A stretch of DNA of 62,521 nt, filler included, from Bonamia ostreae (lineage: Eukaryota), in the NCBI GenBank assembly GCA_040357525.1. It is 36 parts of 36 records of this genome, joined end to end, with 100 filler letters (N's around TTAATTAATTAA, not from the genome) between each part and the next. Parts side by side here need not be neighbours in the genome. Positions count along the whole stretch, not along the records: positions 1 to 1,650 come from JBDODL010001498.1; positions 1,751 to 3,400 come from JBDODL010001499.1; positions 3,501 to 5,150 come from JBDODL010001500.1; positions 5,251 to 6,899 come from JBDODL010001501.1; positions 7,000 to 8,648 come from JBDODL010001502.1; positions 8,749 to 10,397 come from JBDODL010001503.1; positions 10,498 to 12,146 come from JBDODL010001504.1; positions 12,247 to 13,895 come from JBDODL010001505.1; 28 more parts are not named here. One strand, given 5' to 3'. Positions within the stretch are counted from its first letter, which is position 1; the number at the start of each line of letters is the position of its first letter. The notes under the pieces are model-generated. The model was not told the DNA's origin. It ran no database searches and saw only the letters and a list, made by a program, of their open reading frames with translations. Positions 1 to 12,312 of this stretch are shown piece after piece. The position numbers and the translations under genes are program-made.

Positions 1-64
1 AGTTGTTACCAACTTTACGATATTTATCAGAACATAAAACAATGTTCATCACCAATAAAAATAG

Positions 65-322
65 TCCGATTTGTTCGAACAGAAAATCAACAAAGTCCCA
101 TTATCCGTCATGTTCGACGATTACACGGGACCCGAAAAAGATTTTAAAAGCGCAACGGATTTTGTGAAAAAAAAGTTCATTGAATTGAACAACGCGAAAG
201 GAAAAGAAATATACACTCACGTGACTTGCGCCACGAACAATAGCAACATTAAACATGTGATGGCCGCTGTCACGGATGTTTTTATAAAGAAGAAATTGGC
301 GAAAGGTGGATTGCTCTATTGA
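65..322 (+). CDS. Heterotrimeric G-protein alpha subunit, last exon (5' partial)
   Basis: After acceptor ATAG (61-64): SDLFEQKI...IYTHVTCATNNSNIKHVMAAVTDVFIKKKLAKGGLLY*. This matches the post-NKxD region, the G5 TCAT box and the C-terminal helix of G-alpha. Confidence 0.93.
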   Translation, partial: SDLFEQKINKVPLSVMFDDYTGPEKDFKSATDFVKKKFIELNNAKGKEIYTHVTCATNNSNIKHVMAAVTDVFIKKKLAKGGLLY

Positions 323-995
323 CCTTCACTGTAAAAATAGTTTGCTTCACCTTTTTTTCGATTTGTAAAAAAAATCGTTCGATGTAATAAAACCGCTTTT
401 TGGTGTTCGACTTCGATATCAGCGGCGTTCGTTGTTAAAGAGTTTAAGGCATGCCTGTCAACTTCTTGTCAACCATTATAAAAATGTAGCTTTAGTTATT
501 TTCGGCAATTGTAGTTAGATAAAGTGTTTAATGTTGTTTAATCGATAATTAAATGGAGATCAGTGTAATAAATGGAGTGATTAACATTTTTATTTTTGGG
601 TTCGCTCAAATAGTCAAAAATGCAACTTTAAGTTATTTTTAATTCACATTTCCACCGATTTTTCGTTTTTATAGATGTTAAATTATTTTTCGACTGGATT
701 TAATTTTACTGTTTTAAAATTTTTAAAATTTGTGTTAAAATTAAAACTCTTCTTTAAAAAATTGTTCCGTTAACGTGCTATTTTGCGTAATAATAACATT
801 TAATCGAAATTTTAGTGGAAAGAGATCACTTCCGATTTTGTTAATAATAAAAAATGGACTGATTTTAATATTTGCTTTTTCTTCGTTTGATCAAATAGTT
901 TTAATGGTATTATAGACGATTTTTGTTATTCAAAAACGCGAAAAATTTTTATTAAAAACAAAATTTACGATTTTTGCAAAAATTAAAAATTCCGT

Positions 996-1650
996 TTAAT
1001 AAGAATGAATGCTTTTCCATTCGATGATTTTTTCCGATATCCAAGGATTCTCGATATTGTCCGCGGTACTTTCAACCATTTCAAACCATTTTTGTTCCCG
1101 ATTCTCTTTTTCGTAATAAAACTTTGCTTCTTCTAACAACTTTTTTTAATGAGAAAAATAATTTGAAAAATTGTCTGTAAAAACTTTAAAAAATTCGCTC
1201 AAATTTTCTTCGGTCAATTTTTTTAGTTTCTTTTTGATCAATAAATTCATTGTCTCCACAATTTCATTTGCCAACTTGTTTCCAACTTTTGGATTTTCTT
1301 TGGCCCCCATCTCCAAAAACTTTTTCACCTGATCATTCTCAAGACCTCTCAATATCGCCACCGTTAAATTAAACTTCATCCCCCAATTCCAGAAATCCTC
1401 GTTATTTAGAAAACTGTCAAATCTGAACAAATTTCTAAGCAGTAAAATCGCCTCCTCGGGCTCTAAGATTGAGCACTGTTTTCTTAAAAAATCGCATATA
1501 AGTTCAATATCTGCTTCTTCTTGAAGAAGGAGACTGAAAATTTCTGTTGTTTTCTTCAGAGAGACTTTTTCTTCTTTTTGAACAGAAAAGGATGTGGAGA
1601 TTTGTCGAAGTAGGTTTGATCGGCGATGGCTCCATTCATCTCCGTTTTCG
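996..1650 (-). CDS. Hypothetical alpha-helical protein, 5' partial, with 45-nt intron 1140-1184
   Basis: Open frame from the contig edge to ...LSEFFK. GTTTTTAC...AAAAAAAG intron, then LLEEAKFYYEKENREQKWF...WKSIHSY* (TAA 996-998). Confidence 0.7.
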
Positions 1651-1750
1651 NNNNNNNNNNNNNNNNNNNNNNNNNNNNNNNNNNNNNNNNNNNNTTAATT
1701 AATTAANNNNNNNNNNNNNNNNNNNNNNNNNNNNNNNNNNNNNNNNNNNN
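1651..1750. other. Artificial contig-joining linker (N44-TTAATTAATTAA-N44); first of 35 linkers
   Basis: The same 100-nt pattern recurs about every 1.74 kb. The 12-mer gives stops in all six frames, and contig lengths decrease from 1650 to about 1630. Confidence 0.99.
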
Positions 1751-1972
1751 GGTAATTGTATTTACTAGTGTCTATTTTTCATTGATTTTATTATTTTTTT
1801 GTTTGATAATTTTTTTTTATTTTAATTTTTATTTTTTAATTTTTTTTTAAATTAATTTTTTTTTTTTAGATTTTAAATTTTTTTATGGTCATTTGTTGTA
1901 TATTTATGAGTTGTAAATTTTTAATTATTTGGCATTTTAATTTTACATTACATTTTTAATTTGAATTTTAAT

Positions 1973-3247
1973 TTAATCAAATTTCTCTATTTCCTTCTGA
2001 ACATCACTTTTATTAGAACCGCCCATTTTCTTAATAAAATCCTCTCTGTGCGCTTCGTCCATTTCAGAAAATATGTTTTCTTCGTTTGTGCCTCTCGCTG
2101 CTTCGGTGCGCCAGGAATCCTGCATTCTCAGGCTCTCTCTCATTTTCTTCACTTCTTGCTCCGAAAAATAACCAAAGGCGCTCCGCACAGGCAACGGCAT
2201 CCAGCGCTGCGCTTGCTCGATCCAAATCTGCGACGGCGCTAGTTTTTGCAGCGCGCCGAGCATAGCGTAGCTGCGAGGAGTGTCTGCCGGCGCGGCTTCC
2301 AACATCTGTTGGCTTATTTGCACGCTTTTGGCTTTCAGATGGTTTGCGATCCATTCAAACAACACTTTTTCGGTGTAACGCAAATACAAAATGTCTCTTC
2401 TAACGAGGTCCACCACCTCGTCTCCCGGGGAACTGTAAAGTGTCACAAAGTCTTTCGTCTTTGGCAACGACGAAACATTTTTTCTTCCCATTTTTTTCGC
2501 ATTTTTCGCGTTGTTACAGATCGGTAGCTTTTTTGGATTGTCGCTAATACCAAATTTACTTTCGTTGTTACTGATCGGTAACTTTGTTTTGGAATTTTTG
2601 ACGTCACTGTGTGCTTCTTTGAAGACATGTCCAAATTCTTTTCGGAAATGTTCTTCTAATTTGGTGAACATTTGGAAAAGCTCAGTTTCGTCTTTTGCGA
2701 TTTGGACGTGTTGCAAAGAAACGAGCCGTTCTTCGATCAAATTCAAGGCCGCCGAAAACACTTTGTCTTCTTTGATTTTTATTTGGTCGATCACGTAGCG
2801 CTCCTTTTTGTTCTTTCGGCTGATTTTTAAAAATGTAAAGATTTATTTGTTTAGAAGCGAATTTAAGCCATTTTTCATTTTTAGAGAAAATTTGCGACGG
2901 CCAAAAAGAAAATTTTACCCGATTTCAGAACTTTGATCCAATTGGTCGTCTTTTTTATTGGCGATTTTGCTTATTTTCCTTTCGTCCACATCGGCGCAAA
3001 TTCCGATCAGTTCTTTCGGCGGATATTCGCACTGTATTTCGACAGACAAGTTATCTCCCATCGGACTCATCTCGACGCTGTTGTGGTCACATTTTTCTGC
3101 AAACCAGCGCCACGTTTTCCCTTCTTTGTAAGCTTCTTCCAATTTGTCGTCGAAATCGATTTTGCGGCAAGTTACTGCTTTTGTATTGTTGTTCTCTTTT
3201 ATCATTTGATTGATGTCTTCTTCCGAGAGCTGTTTTTCCAATTTTAC
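1973..3247 (-). CDS. Hypothetical protein; two exons joined by 99-nt intron 2820-2918 (5' end uncertain)
   Basis: ORFs 2915-3241 and 1973-2794 join in frame via a phase-2 GT..CAG intron (EIG|RKNKKERYV). Contains a short duplicated KLPIxNN motif. Confidence 0.7.
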
Positions 3248-3950
3248 CTTTATTTTTATTTATTCATATTTTTCTATTTCTATAAAATTGCGATTAAATT
3301 TGAAAATTTTAGAAGCTGACTGGAAAATGTAAATTAGAAAATTACTGGAATTTGAAAGGAATCTCGTTCTGAAATGGGTTTGGAAAAGCCGTAGCGAGCA
3401 NNNNNNNNNNNNNNNNNNNNNNNNNNNNNNNNNNNNNNNNNNNNTTAATTAATTAANNNNNNNNNNNNNNNNNNNNNNNNNNNNNNNNNNNNNNNNNNNN
3501 AGCTTCTTAATAATATTTTTACTATTGATAAAAAATTTTTAATAATATTCCTTGAGTGCCAAAATTTAGCTCAAGATCCGAGACAAGAATCTTGACAAAA
3601 TTTATTGGATGCAGAGTTCGTTAGGCCCTTCGAGTCCTGAGATTTTTAAATAAAACTAAAGAAGTACTTAGAGAAATATTTAACAGTATATGCTCGGAAG
3701 AGGGCATTACGCACTCCAGCAAAGAACATCTTGTCACGGCTACTAACAAAATATTTAGCACATCATCAGGAACATCGATAAATATAAAAGAACGTATATT
3801 GTCTAAACTACTCGAGGAAAAGATTCAGCATAAATTTAGAATGGAATAACTCTTCTTTAAGCAAAAAACAAACATTTTCTGATCAACCATTTAGAATCAA
3901 ATTAAAAAATTATAGCTCCATCTGCAAATTAAAAAATATGTAAAATGTAT

Positions 3951-5150
3951 TTAGTGGCTCCAATCGACTCCCAAACTTTCAGCTATACTCTTCCGATGCG
4001 ACAGCTCATTTTTCTTAAAAATAAAATATTCAACCAATGTCTCTTCATCAATTTTAATTTCTAAAACAATAGGCTTTCGAATTATCAAAAGCTCCTCTTT
4101 AAGGGAGGCTTCGATAAATGTTCTAAAAAAGTATCCTTTACCAAAATTTTCTTTTTTGAGTTGCAATCTTTTCGAAACAATATCTTCTCCGTTTTCTTTA
4201 TCCGCAATAATTAGGTTGATTAATCTAACGCGACAAGATACTCCAGAGAATTGCAAAAAATGGCGAACTTTGTATCCACCGATTTCACGAAAATTCAAAA
4301 TGGGGTTTTTCTTTGTAAAGTTTGTAGCGTCGCAGGTTTCCTCAATGGAGATCTTTTTTGACATCAGTTTTTTGTACTTGTTTCCGTGGCAGTCTCTGGG
4401 ATCTATGGCGATATCGACGTAAGCCATTTTGTGTTCTTCCAAATCCATAGAAATTTTTCCGGGATGCAAATCGCCAGCATTGATGTAAACAAAGAACGGG
4501 GGGAATCGCAAAATGTTGCCCTCTTTGTCAGTTGAGTATAGTTGTATCTTATGTTTTTTGGAAACAGTCCCCGATAAAAAGATCCCGCAAGTCAAGGAAT
4601 GGTTCCCACTCTTTATGGATTTTGTCTTAAAATTAATAAAATTGTTTGGCTCCATTTTCAGTTTCATGCACCTATCCTCGTTTATTCTGTTGCCAAACTC
4701 GTCTCTTAGAGTCAGGTTTAAAGTAATGTTATCAAAACTCGAAGACGTGCTTAGTTTAATCGGTTTCAAATTCAGTTTGTGACCGTAATGACTAAATACC
4801 GATTTGTCCCCGCTAGTTTCGGAAGAAAAAGCGTACACCTTATCAGACAAGAATGGGTGTTTTAATATTTTGGAGGTTTTCGAGATGGTTTCAAGTTCCC
4901 AAATACCTATTTTCTCGACATTGAAGACAAATTTTATTGTGCCAAGGTTGTTCTGAACTGTTTCCAAAGGTTTGATGGTGTCGTTATCTTTCGTTTTTAG
5001 TGATACTCTTAAATCTATCATATCAGCGAGGTTCTTCGTTGTGTGAAACAGGTCTCCACAACTGTCCTGTCGACCAGTTTTGCATAAAATATTGAAAACC
5101 TTTACGTCGGCAAAAACAGTAATGTTCTTTCCAGTCCAAGCAATCTCTGT
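3951..5150 (-). CDS. Filamin/Ig-like beta-sandwich repeat protein, 5' partial; probable in-frame 33-nt intron 5067-5099
   Basis: Three repeats of a hydrophobic strand followed by (R/K)DxxG(N/D): ITVFADVK|DSCGD (after intron removal), ITLNLTLRDEFGN, VDIAIDPRDCHGN. Confidence 0.6.
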   Translation of the reverse strand, partial: TEIAWTGKNITVFADVKVFNILCKTGRQDSCGDLFHTTKNLADMIDLRVSLKTKDNDTIKPLETVQNNLGTIKFVFNVEKIGIWELETISKTSKILKHPFLSDKVYAFSSETSGDKSVFSHYGHKLNLKPIKLSTSSSFDNITLNLTLRDEFGNRINEDRCMKLKMEPNNFINFKTKSIKSGNHSLTCGIFLSGTVSKKHKIQLYSTDKEGNILRFPPFFVYINAGDLHPGKISMDLEEHKMAYVDIAIDPRDCHGNKYKKLMSKKISIEETCDATNFTKKNPILNFREIGGYKVRHFLQFSGVSCRVRLINLIIADKENGEDIVSKRLQLKKENFGKGYFFRTFIEASLKEELLIIRKPIVLEIKIDEETLVEYFIFKKNELSHRKSIAESLGVDWSH

Positions 5151-8100
5151 NNNNNNNNNNNNNNNNNNNNNNNNNNNNNNNNNNNNNNNNNNNNTTAATT
5201 AATTAANNNNNNNNNNNNNNNNNNNNNNNNNNNNNNNNNNNNNNNNNNNNAATTCGTGAAAAATGGTCATATATAGCGTTGATAAGTCATACGGAAGGAA
5301 AAAAAGCTTTGTGATTTCATATTTACTAAAAGAATGCATTATCTTTTTTAAACATTGTAGTCGGTGGTGATTCAGCCATAATTAATAATGGTTGACAAAG
5401 CTGTTGATGGCACTGATGCATTCGTAAAAATGCGCAATTTAAACGTTTGATACAAATAATGTCAGCAAATTTATTGTTGGTCAAGAGGTGACTCCCGAAT
5501 GAACCTCCCAAAGTATATATTTTTTTCAGGTGGTCCTACTTTCACGTACGTACCAGAAACAATCGTCATGAAAAATCAGAGTATCAGTATTTTTGATCTT
5601 TAAACAATGACACAAACAACATGGTTTGAATGTTTGATATATAAAAGTGATGAGAACTTGATACAGTTCAAGAAATCTGTTTTATGTCCCTCACTAATTC
5701 ATTTACCTTCAAACGCTAGACGTCTCCAAATGCGTGAAATAGTCTCGCTAATCAATATACAATCAGTCTTTGTTCATAAAGTGGCCATATTTTTAATTTG
5801 AACTATATTCTTGTATTATTGGACTTACATTAGCATGGCTTGTTTGAAAAAGTCTTAAGACAAATAACAAGACAAATAACATGCCTTGATATATGAAATT
5901 GTCTAAGTAATTCGAAATAGATCTTAGTACAACATTATGCATTTGTCGAGATGATACAGGCTTAATTACCAAAACCACGGATATTCGTTTTAAATTACTG
6001 GTCTTAAGTGATTTAAAGATACCCGTGTTGACATTAGGAAAATGTCTTAAATAAATGTTGTTGATGTTACATGTATCGATAAGCTCTCTAATGACAAATA
6101 TAAAATTTATATTTTGTGGATAGTTCGTTCTTATAGTTGCAGCAAAGCAAGGTATTTTCGTTGGTTTATCAATGGTTATTGAATTGATAATTCATTCTGT
6201 TTTATATGGCGAATAAGCCAATGAAAGCTGGAATCGTCCACTTATCCGTACACGTTTACGATATATAAAGAAAAGCAACACGTCTTGAAGACATCAGTAA
6301 CTGGATACAAACTGGTAAGATCACTTAATCACATTTCTCTAAATTCAAATAATCCTTACTTACGTAAACATTCTGTAGCATAGTGTGCTCTACAGGAAAT
6401 ATGAAGGGCATACTCCCATTTGAAAGAGATGCAGCTGTGATGTAAACAAAATAATCTGTTTATTTCTGCACATATTTTGTACGACGAAAAGTAGAAATTG
6501 TACATGCGTGGAAAATACGAAACTAACAAACAGTGAATGATTTCTTATAGATAATGCAAATTCGAAAACAGAGCAACACAGACCCTTGGAAACACCCAAA
6601 GTAGAATCAGATGTTTTCTGTCTTTCCAATCTGTTCCCTTTAAAACTTTTAAGTTGGCGTCTATTTGGTCTTCAAATTCAAAGTCAGGAAACCATATAAC
6701 GTAAATGAACTGCATGATTATTTTCTCCTGATCATAATAACAACGAAAAATTGATACAAGAACAGAAATGGCCGGGATGCTCTCACATGATTTACCTATA
6801 ATAGAGACAGCAGTACAAACATACTCGAAAACAACATATCCAACATAAGATTGTTAAAGAAAAACCCCAGTAACATTTCTGAAAAGTCCCACAGCAATCN
6901 NNNNNNNNNNNNNNNNNNNNNNNNNNNNNNNNNNNNNNNNNNNTTAATTAATTAANNNNNNNNNNNNNNNNNNNNNNNNNNNNNNNNNNNNNNNNNNNNT
7001 AAAAAAATCAGAAATAAATAATAAACAATTAAGTTAACCTATTTAAATATTAATTTCACACAGGAATCAAAAAACACAATCCATCAGCATCTAAAATAAA
7101 AATCAATAACAATCAATCACAATAAAAAAATAAATACCTCTAAACTAGATTATGATGCGTTACTAGTTTTAGAAGTATACATATATAACATGGGATATCA
7201 AAAACTGGACTGATGTTAAATAAGGGATAAAATGTATGAAAAGAAAACTGTATCAGCAAATAGCCAGTATAAAAACACATTGAGGAAGAGTCCTATATAT
7301 TTCTGGCATGCTATGCTTTTATTTGCCTATTCCAACCAGAGTGGACCTGGGAAATATACATCGACAGAAAAAAGTTAGACAACTTCAGAACTTTGGACAA
7401 TTAAATGAATAACAGGGGGAAATGCTTAATAATATATATTATTGTTCACTTAAGCCATCATGCCTGTGCATTCAAATCTTGTATTTGTATATCGACTTTC
7501 CATTAAACCATATGGGATTGTAATCAATGAACGAAGCTGTTTTGTCCTTCAATCTATAGTCATAAAGGTTGAATCTTGCACAACTTTTCCCCATATTTTT
7601 GTTTGTCTGGCCCGTCAATAAGATTGTTTGGACCCTCTTCAGGGTAAAGTACATCTATCCAAAATGAACATGAAATACCAACGCAAACAGCTGAAATAAA
7701 TAAACAGATTCAAACTAGCAATCACCTATTCAAAGCAAACATCAGCAATGTGTACTATGTACCATAGAAAACCTGATGCGACTTCCCATATCCAGTAAGT
7801 CATAAGACATGGGCTTTGAAATGACTATCACGAAAATGGAGACTAAAATGCTAGAAAAATATTTAATATAATTTATAAGTGATTGCGATATGAACCTGCT
7901 GAGATTGTGGAAACTTTGTTGCTTCCAACAGCAGACTGTCACTGTTTTGTTATACACGTTCATGCGTTTCGTTTGTTTTACAAAATATACACGGTGTATA
8001 ATATTTGAACTTTTAACAGCACAGTTAGATTGCGTACATTTAGCACCGTATTCACTGGTGTAGAAGAAAACATACCCTTATCCTAATTAAAAATTAGCTC

Positions 8101-8748
8101 TTCACCGGTCAATAGACCACGAATGGGAGAGTTGGTTTAACAGTTGCTATGTTTCAAAATCGTAAGAGTTCTGTGTAGGAAATATTAAGGGCGTGTAGCA
8201 ACTTCTATCAATGGTATTTTTGCAACTTTAGATTATTTCATAGTTTTAAAGACATATCAGTGCAATTAAGTAGATAGTGAAATTTATTACTTATTTATCT
8301 CAGGTGCATATATTAGCAATAATTTTTATCATATCGAAAGCGTTCAAAATATAATATGTGGATTTACACAACATTTAATATTGAAAACGTTTATTCTTAG
8401 TATTCGAAACCGAAACAGCTATTCAGGGACTTTTTATTGTTAAGACTTAGAGCTTAACGCCAAATGCTTCGATAAGTACATTATTGATCAACGAGACCAC
8501 AAAAATGTAAACAAGCATTTCTATTTACTTGGTTTCGGTTCCATTTCGTCGTATGTTACTGTATTAACAACATAATTAGTAGTAATTGTTGTTTAAAATA
8601 CATTCCATTGAATATTTTAAAAGCTTTTTGACATTGCTTCATCGAGGTNNNNNNNNNNNNNNNNNNNNNNNNNNNNNNNNNNNNNNNNNNNNTTAATTAA
8701 TTAANNNNNNNNNNNNNNNNNNNNNNNNNNNNNNNNNNNNNNNNNNNN

Positions 8749-9696
8749 GAATTCCTACAAGACGGAAAACCTTTAATCTGCGGAGACTTCAGCGGAAAAC
8801 TCAACGTCGCAAAAATGACACGTCCCGCGCAGAAAAACAATGTCGTCTTCGAAACCAACTCCCACAGCATCAAAGATTTGCACATTCTGTCCCAAAATAA
8901 CGACACTGCCGACATCATCACCTCCGGCAGAGACTTTTCACGTTTCCATTTTTACAGTCCAGTAAAACTTTGGGAATACCAAATAACCCAGAAAACGATG
9001 CACAGTCTCCAAACCTTCAAAACCGCCGGAAACTGCCATTCGATTCAATCTCGCAACGACAAAATAATAACCGGAGGAACCGAAAACGCGATCAATTTTT
9101 ACAGATTCGAGAAAATCAGACCGATTTCAGCCGAGGACAAAAAAATCGACGAGAGCCGGAACGAGGAATCGAGCGAAGAACACTTGAAACACGTTTTCCG
9201 CATCGAAAAAGCGCACGAAGACTGCGTTTCTTCGGTTTGCTTTTCGAGTGAAATTTCGTTTTGTTCCGGTTCTTGGGACCGCTCGATCAAAAAATGGGAC
9301 GTCGGGACCGAAAAGGCGGTTTCGGCGTTCGATTCCGAAGACGTCGTCACTTGTCTAAACTTCGACGGCCAAACCGGTTTGATGGCTTCGGCTCACGCGA
9401 GTCGCGGCGTCTGTTTGTGGGACCTTCGATATAGTAAATCGGAAAATCCGGTTTTCAGCTTAAGAGCCGATTGTTGGCAATCGAGTGTCAGGTTTAAAAG
9501 CACGAATGTTGTTGTGAGCTGTGGGCACGACGGATTGGTCCGTTTTTGGGATTTGAGGGCTTGTGCGGACGAAGAGGCGGCGGTTTTGGTGGCAAAGAAG
9601 AAGAAGAAATTGTTTTGTTTGGGCGTTTGTGGGGACGCTGAGATCGCGGAGGTGGCGGCTGGCGGCGAGGAGGGCGTTTTTACGTGGAAAAAGTAA
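8749..9696 (+). CDS. WDR12: WD40 ribosome biogenesis protein WDR12/Ytm1-like, 5' partial; probable in-frame 21-nt intron 8942-8962
   Basis: WD repeats HEDCVSSVCF..SGSWDRSIKKWD, ASAHASRGVCLWDLR, W.SSV.F..SCGHDGLVRFWDLR, K(L)FCL..AGGEEG follow the WDR12/Ytm1 repeat order. Confidence 0.8.
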   Translation, partial: EFLQDGKPLICGDFSGKLNVAKMTRPAQKNNVVFETNSHSIKDLHILSQNNDTADIITSGRDFSRFHFYSPVKLWEYQITQKTMHSLQTFKTAGNCHSIQSRNDKIITGGTENAINFYRFEKIRPISAEDKKIDESRNEESSEEHLKHVFRIEKAHEDCVSSVCFSSEISFCSGSWDRSIKKWDVGTEKAVSAFDSEDVVTCLNFDGQTGLMASAHASRGVCLWDLRYSKSENPVFSLRADCWQSSVRFKSTNVVVSCGHDGLVRFWDLRACADEEAAVLVAKKKKKLFCLGVCGDAEIAEVAAGGEEGVFTWKK

Positions 9697-11851
9697 ATGG
9701 CAATTGTTCGATTTTCGAATTTTGTGTAAATGGCAATTAATGTTACAATAAATTTTTTGGGTAATTGATGAAATAAATTTTAGAAATGACAATTTTTCTT
9801 GATCAAATTGTAGAAAATTTTTTGCTTTCTGGAAAACTTTTCTAAAAATTTTAATCTGTTCAGGATCATCTGTTGTTTTATTTTACGTGAATAAAAATTA
9901 TTAAAATCATGGTGAGATGAAAGCTTGATCCAGATATTTTTGAAAAATTTTATAGAAAGCATCAAGTGACATTTAAACGAAATGACATTTAAAAATTCTG
10001 TGAACTGACTTTTTTGTTAAAGCACATTAAACATTACAGGTAGAAAATTGAAGAGTTGCCCTGTAAAAACGAGGCTGTTTGAAAATTTTTCTAGTCAAAA
10101 TTCCTTAAAATAAAGAATAAGATATTTTGTAGTTTAAACGATTACATTTTTGTGCTGAATCTATTTTGTCGTTTCAAAAAGAAAATGTTTTGATTAGTCA
10201 AAAAACTGAATTTGCAATTATCGCTTTAATAACAAAACTTATTTAACAAAATTTAACAAAAAAGACTTTTCAATAAATTTATCTTCCAATGGATAAAATG
10301 CTAAAACGACATATCTTCGCACACGAAATGTGTTCTCGCCCTAAAAGGATGACATGTAAAATTATCTTTATTGACCAAAAACTATACACACAAGATTNNN
10401 NNNNNNNNNNNNNNNNNNNNNNNNNNNNNNNNNNNNNNNNNTTAATTAATTAANNNNNNNNNNNNNNNNNNNNNNNNNNNNNNNNNNNNNNNNNNNNGAT
10501 CATGTAAACGGGGTAATATAGAATTGGGATACACGGATCTGTGTACCCTTGTGATTTTCGATGAATTTCAAGTATGTAACCAATGTTAAAATTCGAACTG
10601 CTATTGGTTGCGGGGTCATCACTAGTATGTTAAGGCAGGTGATATTCCATTTTGTCATGTAAATTACACAAACTTTAAATTCCGTCAAACACAAAGGGAG
10701 GGGGCTGCTAAACTTTAAAAAATATGATGGGTGTTTATACGAGAACATTTTGTATCATAACAACATTATAAATAATGTCTTTCCATTGCTGTTATAAATA
10801 TATTAAGAATGTGCCATAATAGAAAATGAAAAAGTATTAAACTACCCCAGGACGACTGGCGATAATGATACCCAAAGTTTATTAAAAGCGCTGTTAGAAT
10901 TCTACCGCTTTCATCTAAAGATTTTCTGGAGATTTCTTTGAAAGTTTTTTAACAGACTATTCTAGCAACAATTGCCGTGTGCGAAAGTTTATCACCTTTC
11001 ACGTGGTGTATAAAAAGACACCAAAAGTATGTATGACAGTAGCAAATCGGACTGACATGCTTAATAGAATTTTTTCCGTTGAAAAAAAAATTGTAAATCA
11101 GTGAAATCAACACCTTCGTAAACTCGATAAATTCTCAGTGTTTCATATATATATTTCATGCCCAATTCCTGGCATATTACCACACATTTCAAATATTCTA
11201 TACTATGTAAAATTATTACGTTGGCTGACTTTTGTATTTTGAAGAAGAAAAAAAGTTAAAGTGATTATTTGTAGAAACAAACCAACAACTAAGGCTTAAT
11301 GTATCAATGTAATTGATAATTTTACTTATTGTATTGAGAATGTGATACTAAAATCAAGTATAGTAAACACTTTGTTACACGTACTTCAAATTGCTATTGT
11401 AAAATCTTTGATTCATTTAGACAATAAACATTAATATATGTGCTAGAGTTAACATACATCACCATATTTCATTATTATTTAAAAAAAAAATTAGGGATTC
11501 AAAATATTTTAATACTCTACGTTTCTGTACATTCAATATAACACTCTTACCTTGGTTGCAATTTCAAACTGCTAGTTGATGACTTGGATATGATAAAAGT
11601 CACTTTTAATATATACTATTGTCACATGAGCCTTTATATATATATATATATGAATGATATCAAATAGCGATTACCGAGAAATGTGCTGATTCTGTCAGGT
11701 CGTGTTTAGATAGATACAAGTACCATGCTAACAGCTATAGATTACACTGTCCTTTTATATCTAATTGAAAAGTGTTGGCCATTTTATAAAATTCACTGAG
11801 TTAGAAAAGTAATCCGGTTTTATTGTCGTGTAAAGTATGTGCGGAAAGTAG

Positions 11852-12146
11852 GTTTTTATACCTCCGTAATCGGAAATGCGGGGGCACATATTGCTTGGTT
11901 AGTTTGTTTGTCCGCATTAAACTTTAACCTTGGTCATCACATTTGAATGAATGGTAATATATTTTTCATTTTTCACATGAAAAATATTCTTGGAGAGAGG
12001 ACTTTTCTTCAGGCAGCAAGATTTTAGACCTCTTTATTTTGAGGTTTGAAGCACTATTGTAAAACGTTATCCTTGGCCATAATTTTGAATGGGTGCTGAT
12101 ATATTTTTTATATTTCACACTTGTACGTTTTTTGACAAGACTTACT
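11852..12146 (+). mobile_element. Non-autonomous Helitron/Helentron-like element start with internal tandem units (bivalve type)
   Basis: TTTTTATACCTCCG..GGGGCACATATTG, then a short GTTT/GTCC microsatellite, then about two degenerate units starting AAACTTTAACCTTGGTCAT / AACGTTATCCTTGGCCAT. This architecture is recalled from oyster non-autonomous Helitrons. Confidence 0.6.
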
Positions 12147-12312
12147 NNNNNNNNNNNNNNNNNNNNNNNNNNNNNNNNNNNNNNNNNNNNTTAATTAATT
12201 AANNNNNNNNNNNNNNNNNNNNNNNNNNNNNNNNNNNNNNNNNNNNTTCGATATTTTTAAAACATTTTTGTTCGAAAATAAAAAAAATTAGCCATAAATA
12301 AAAATTCCCTAG

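Noticed and set aside
3501-3892. Possible further minus-strand gene downstream of the filamin-like gene
   Set aside because: Coding-like stretches exist, but I could not derive a consistent exon structure or homology.
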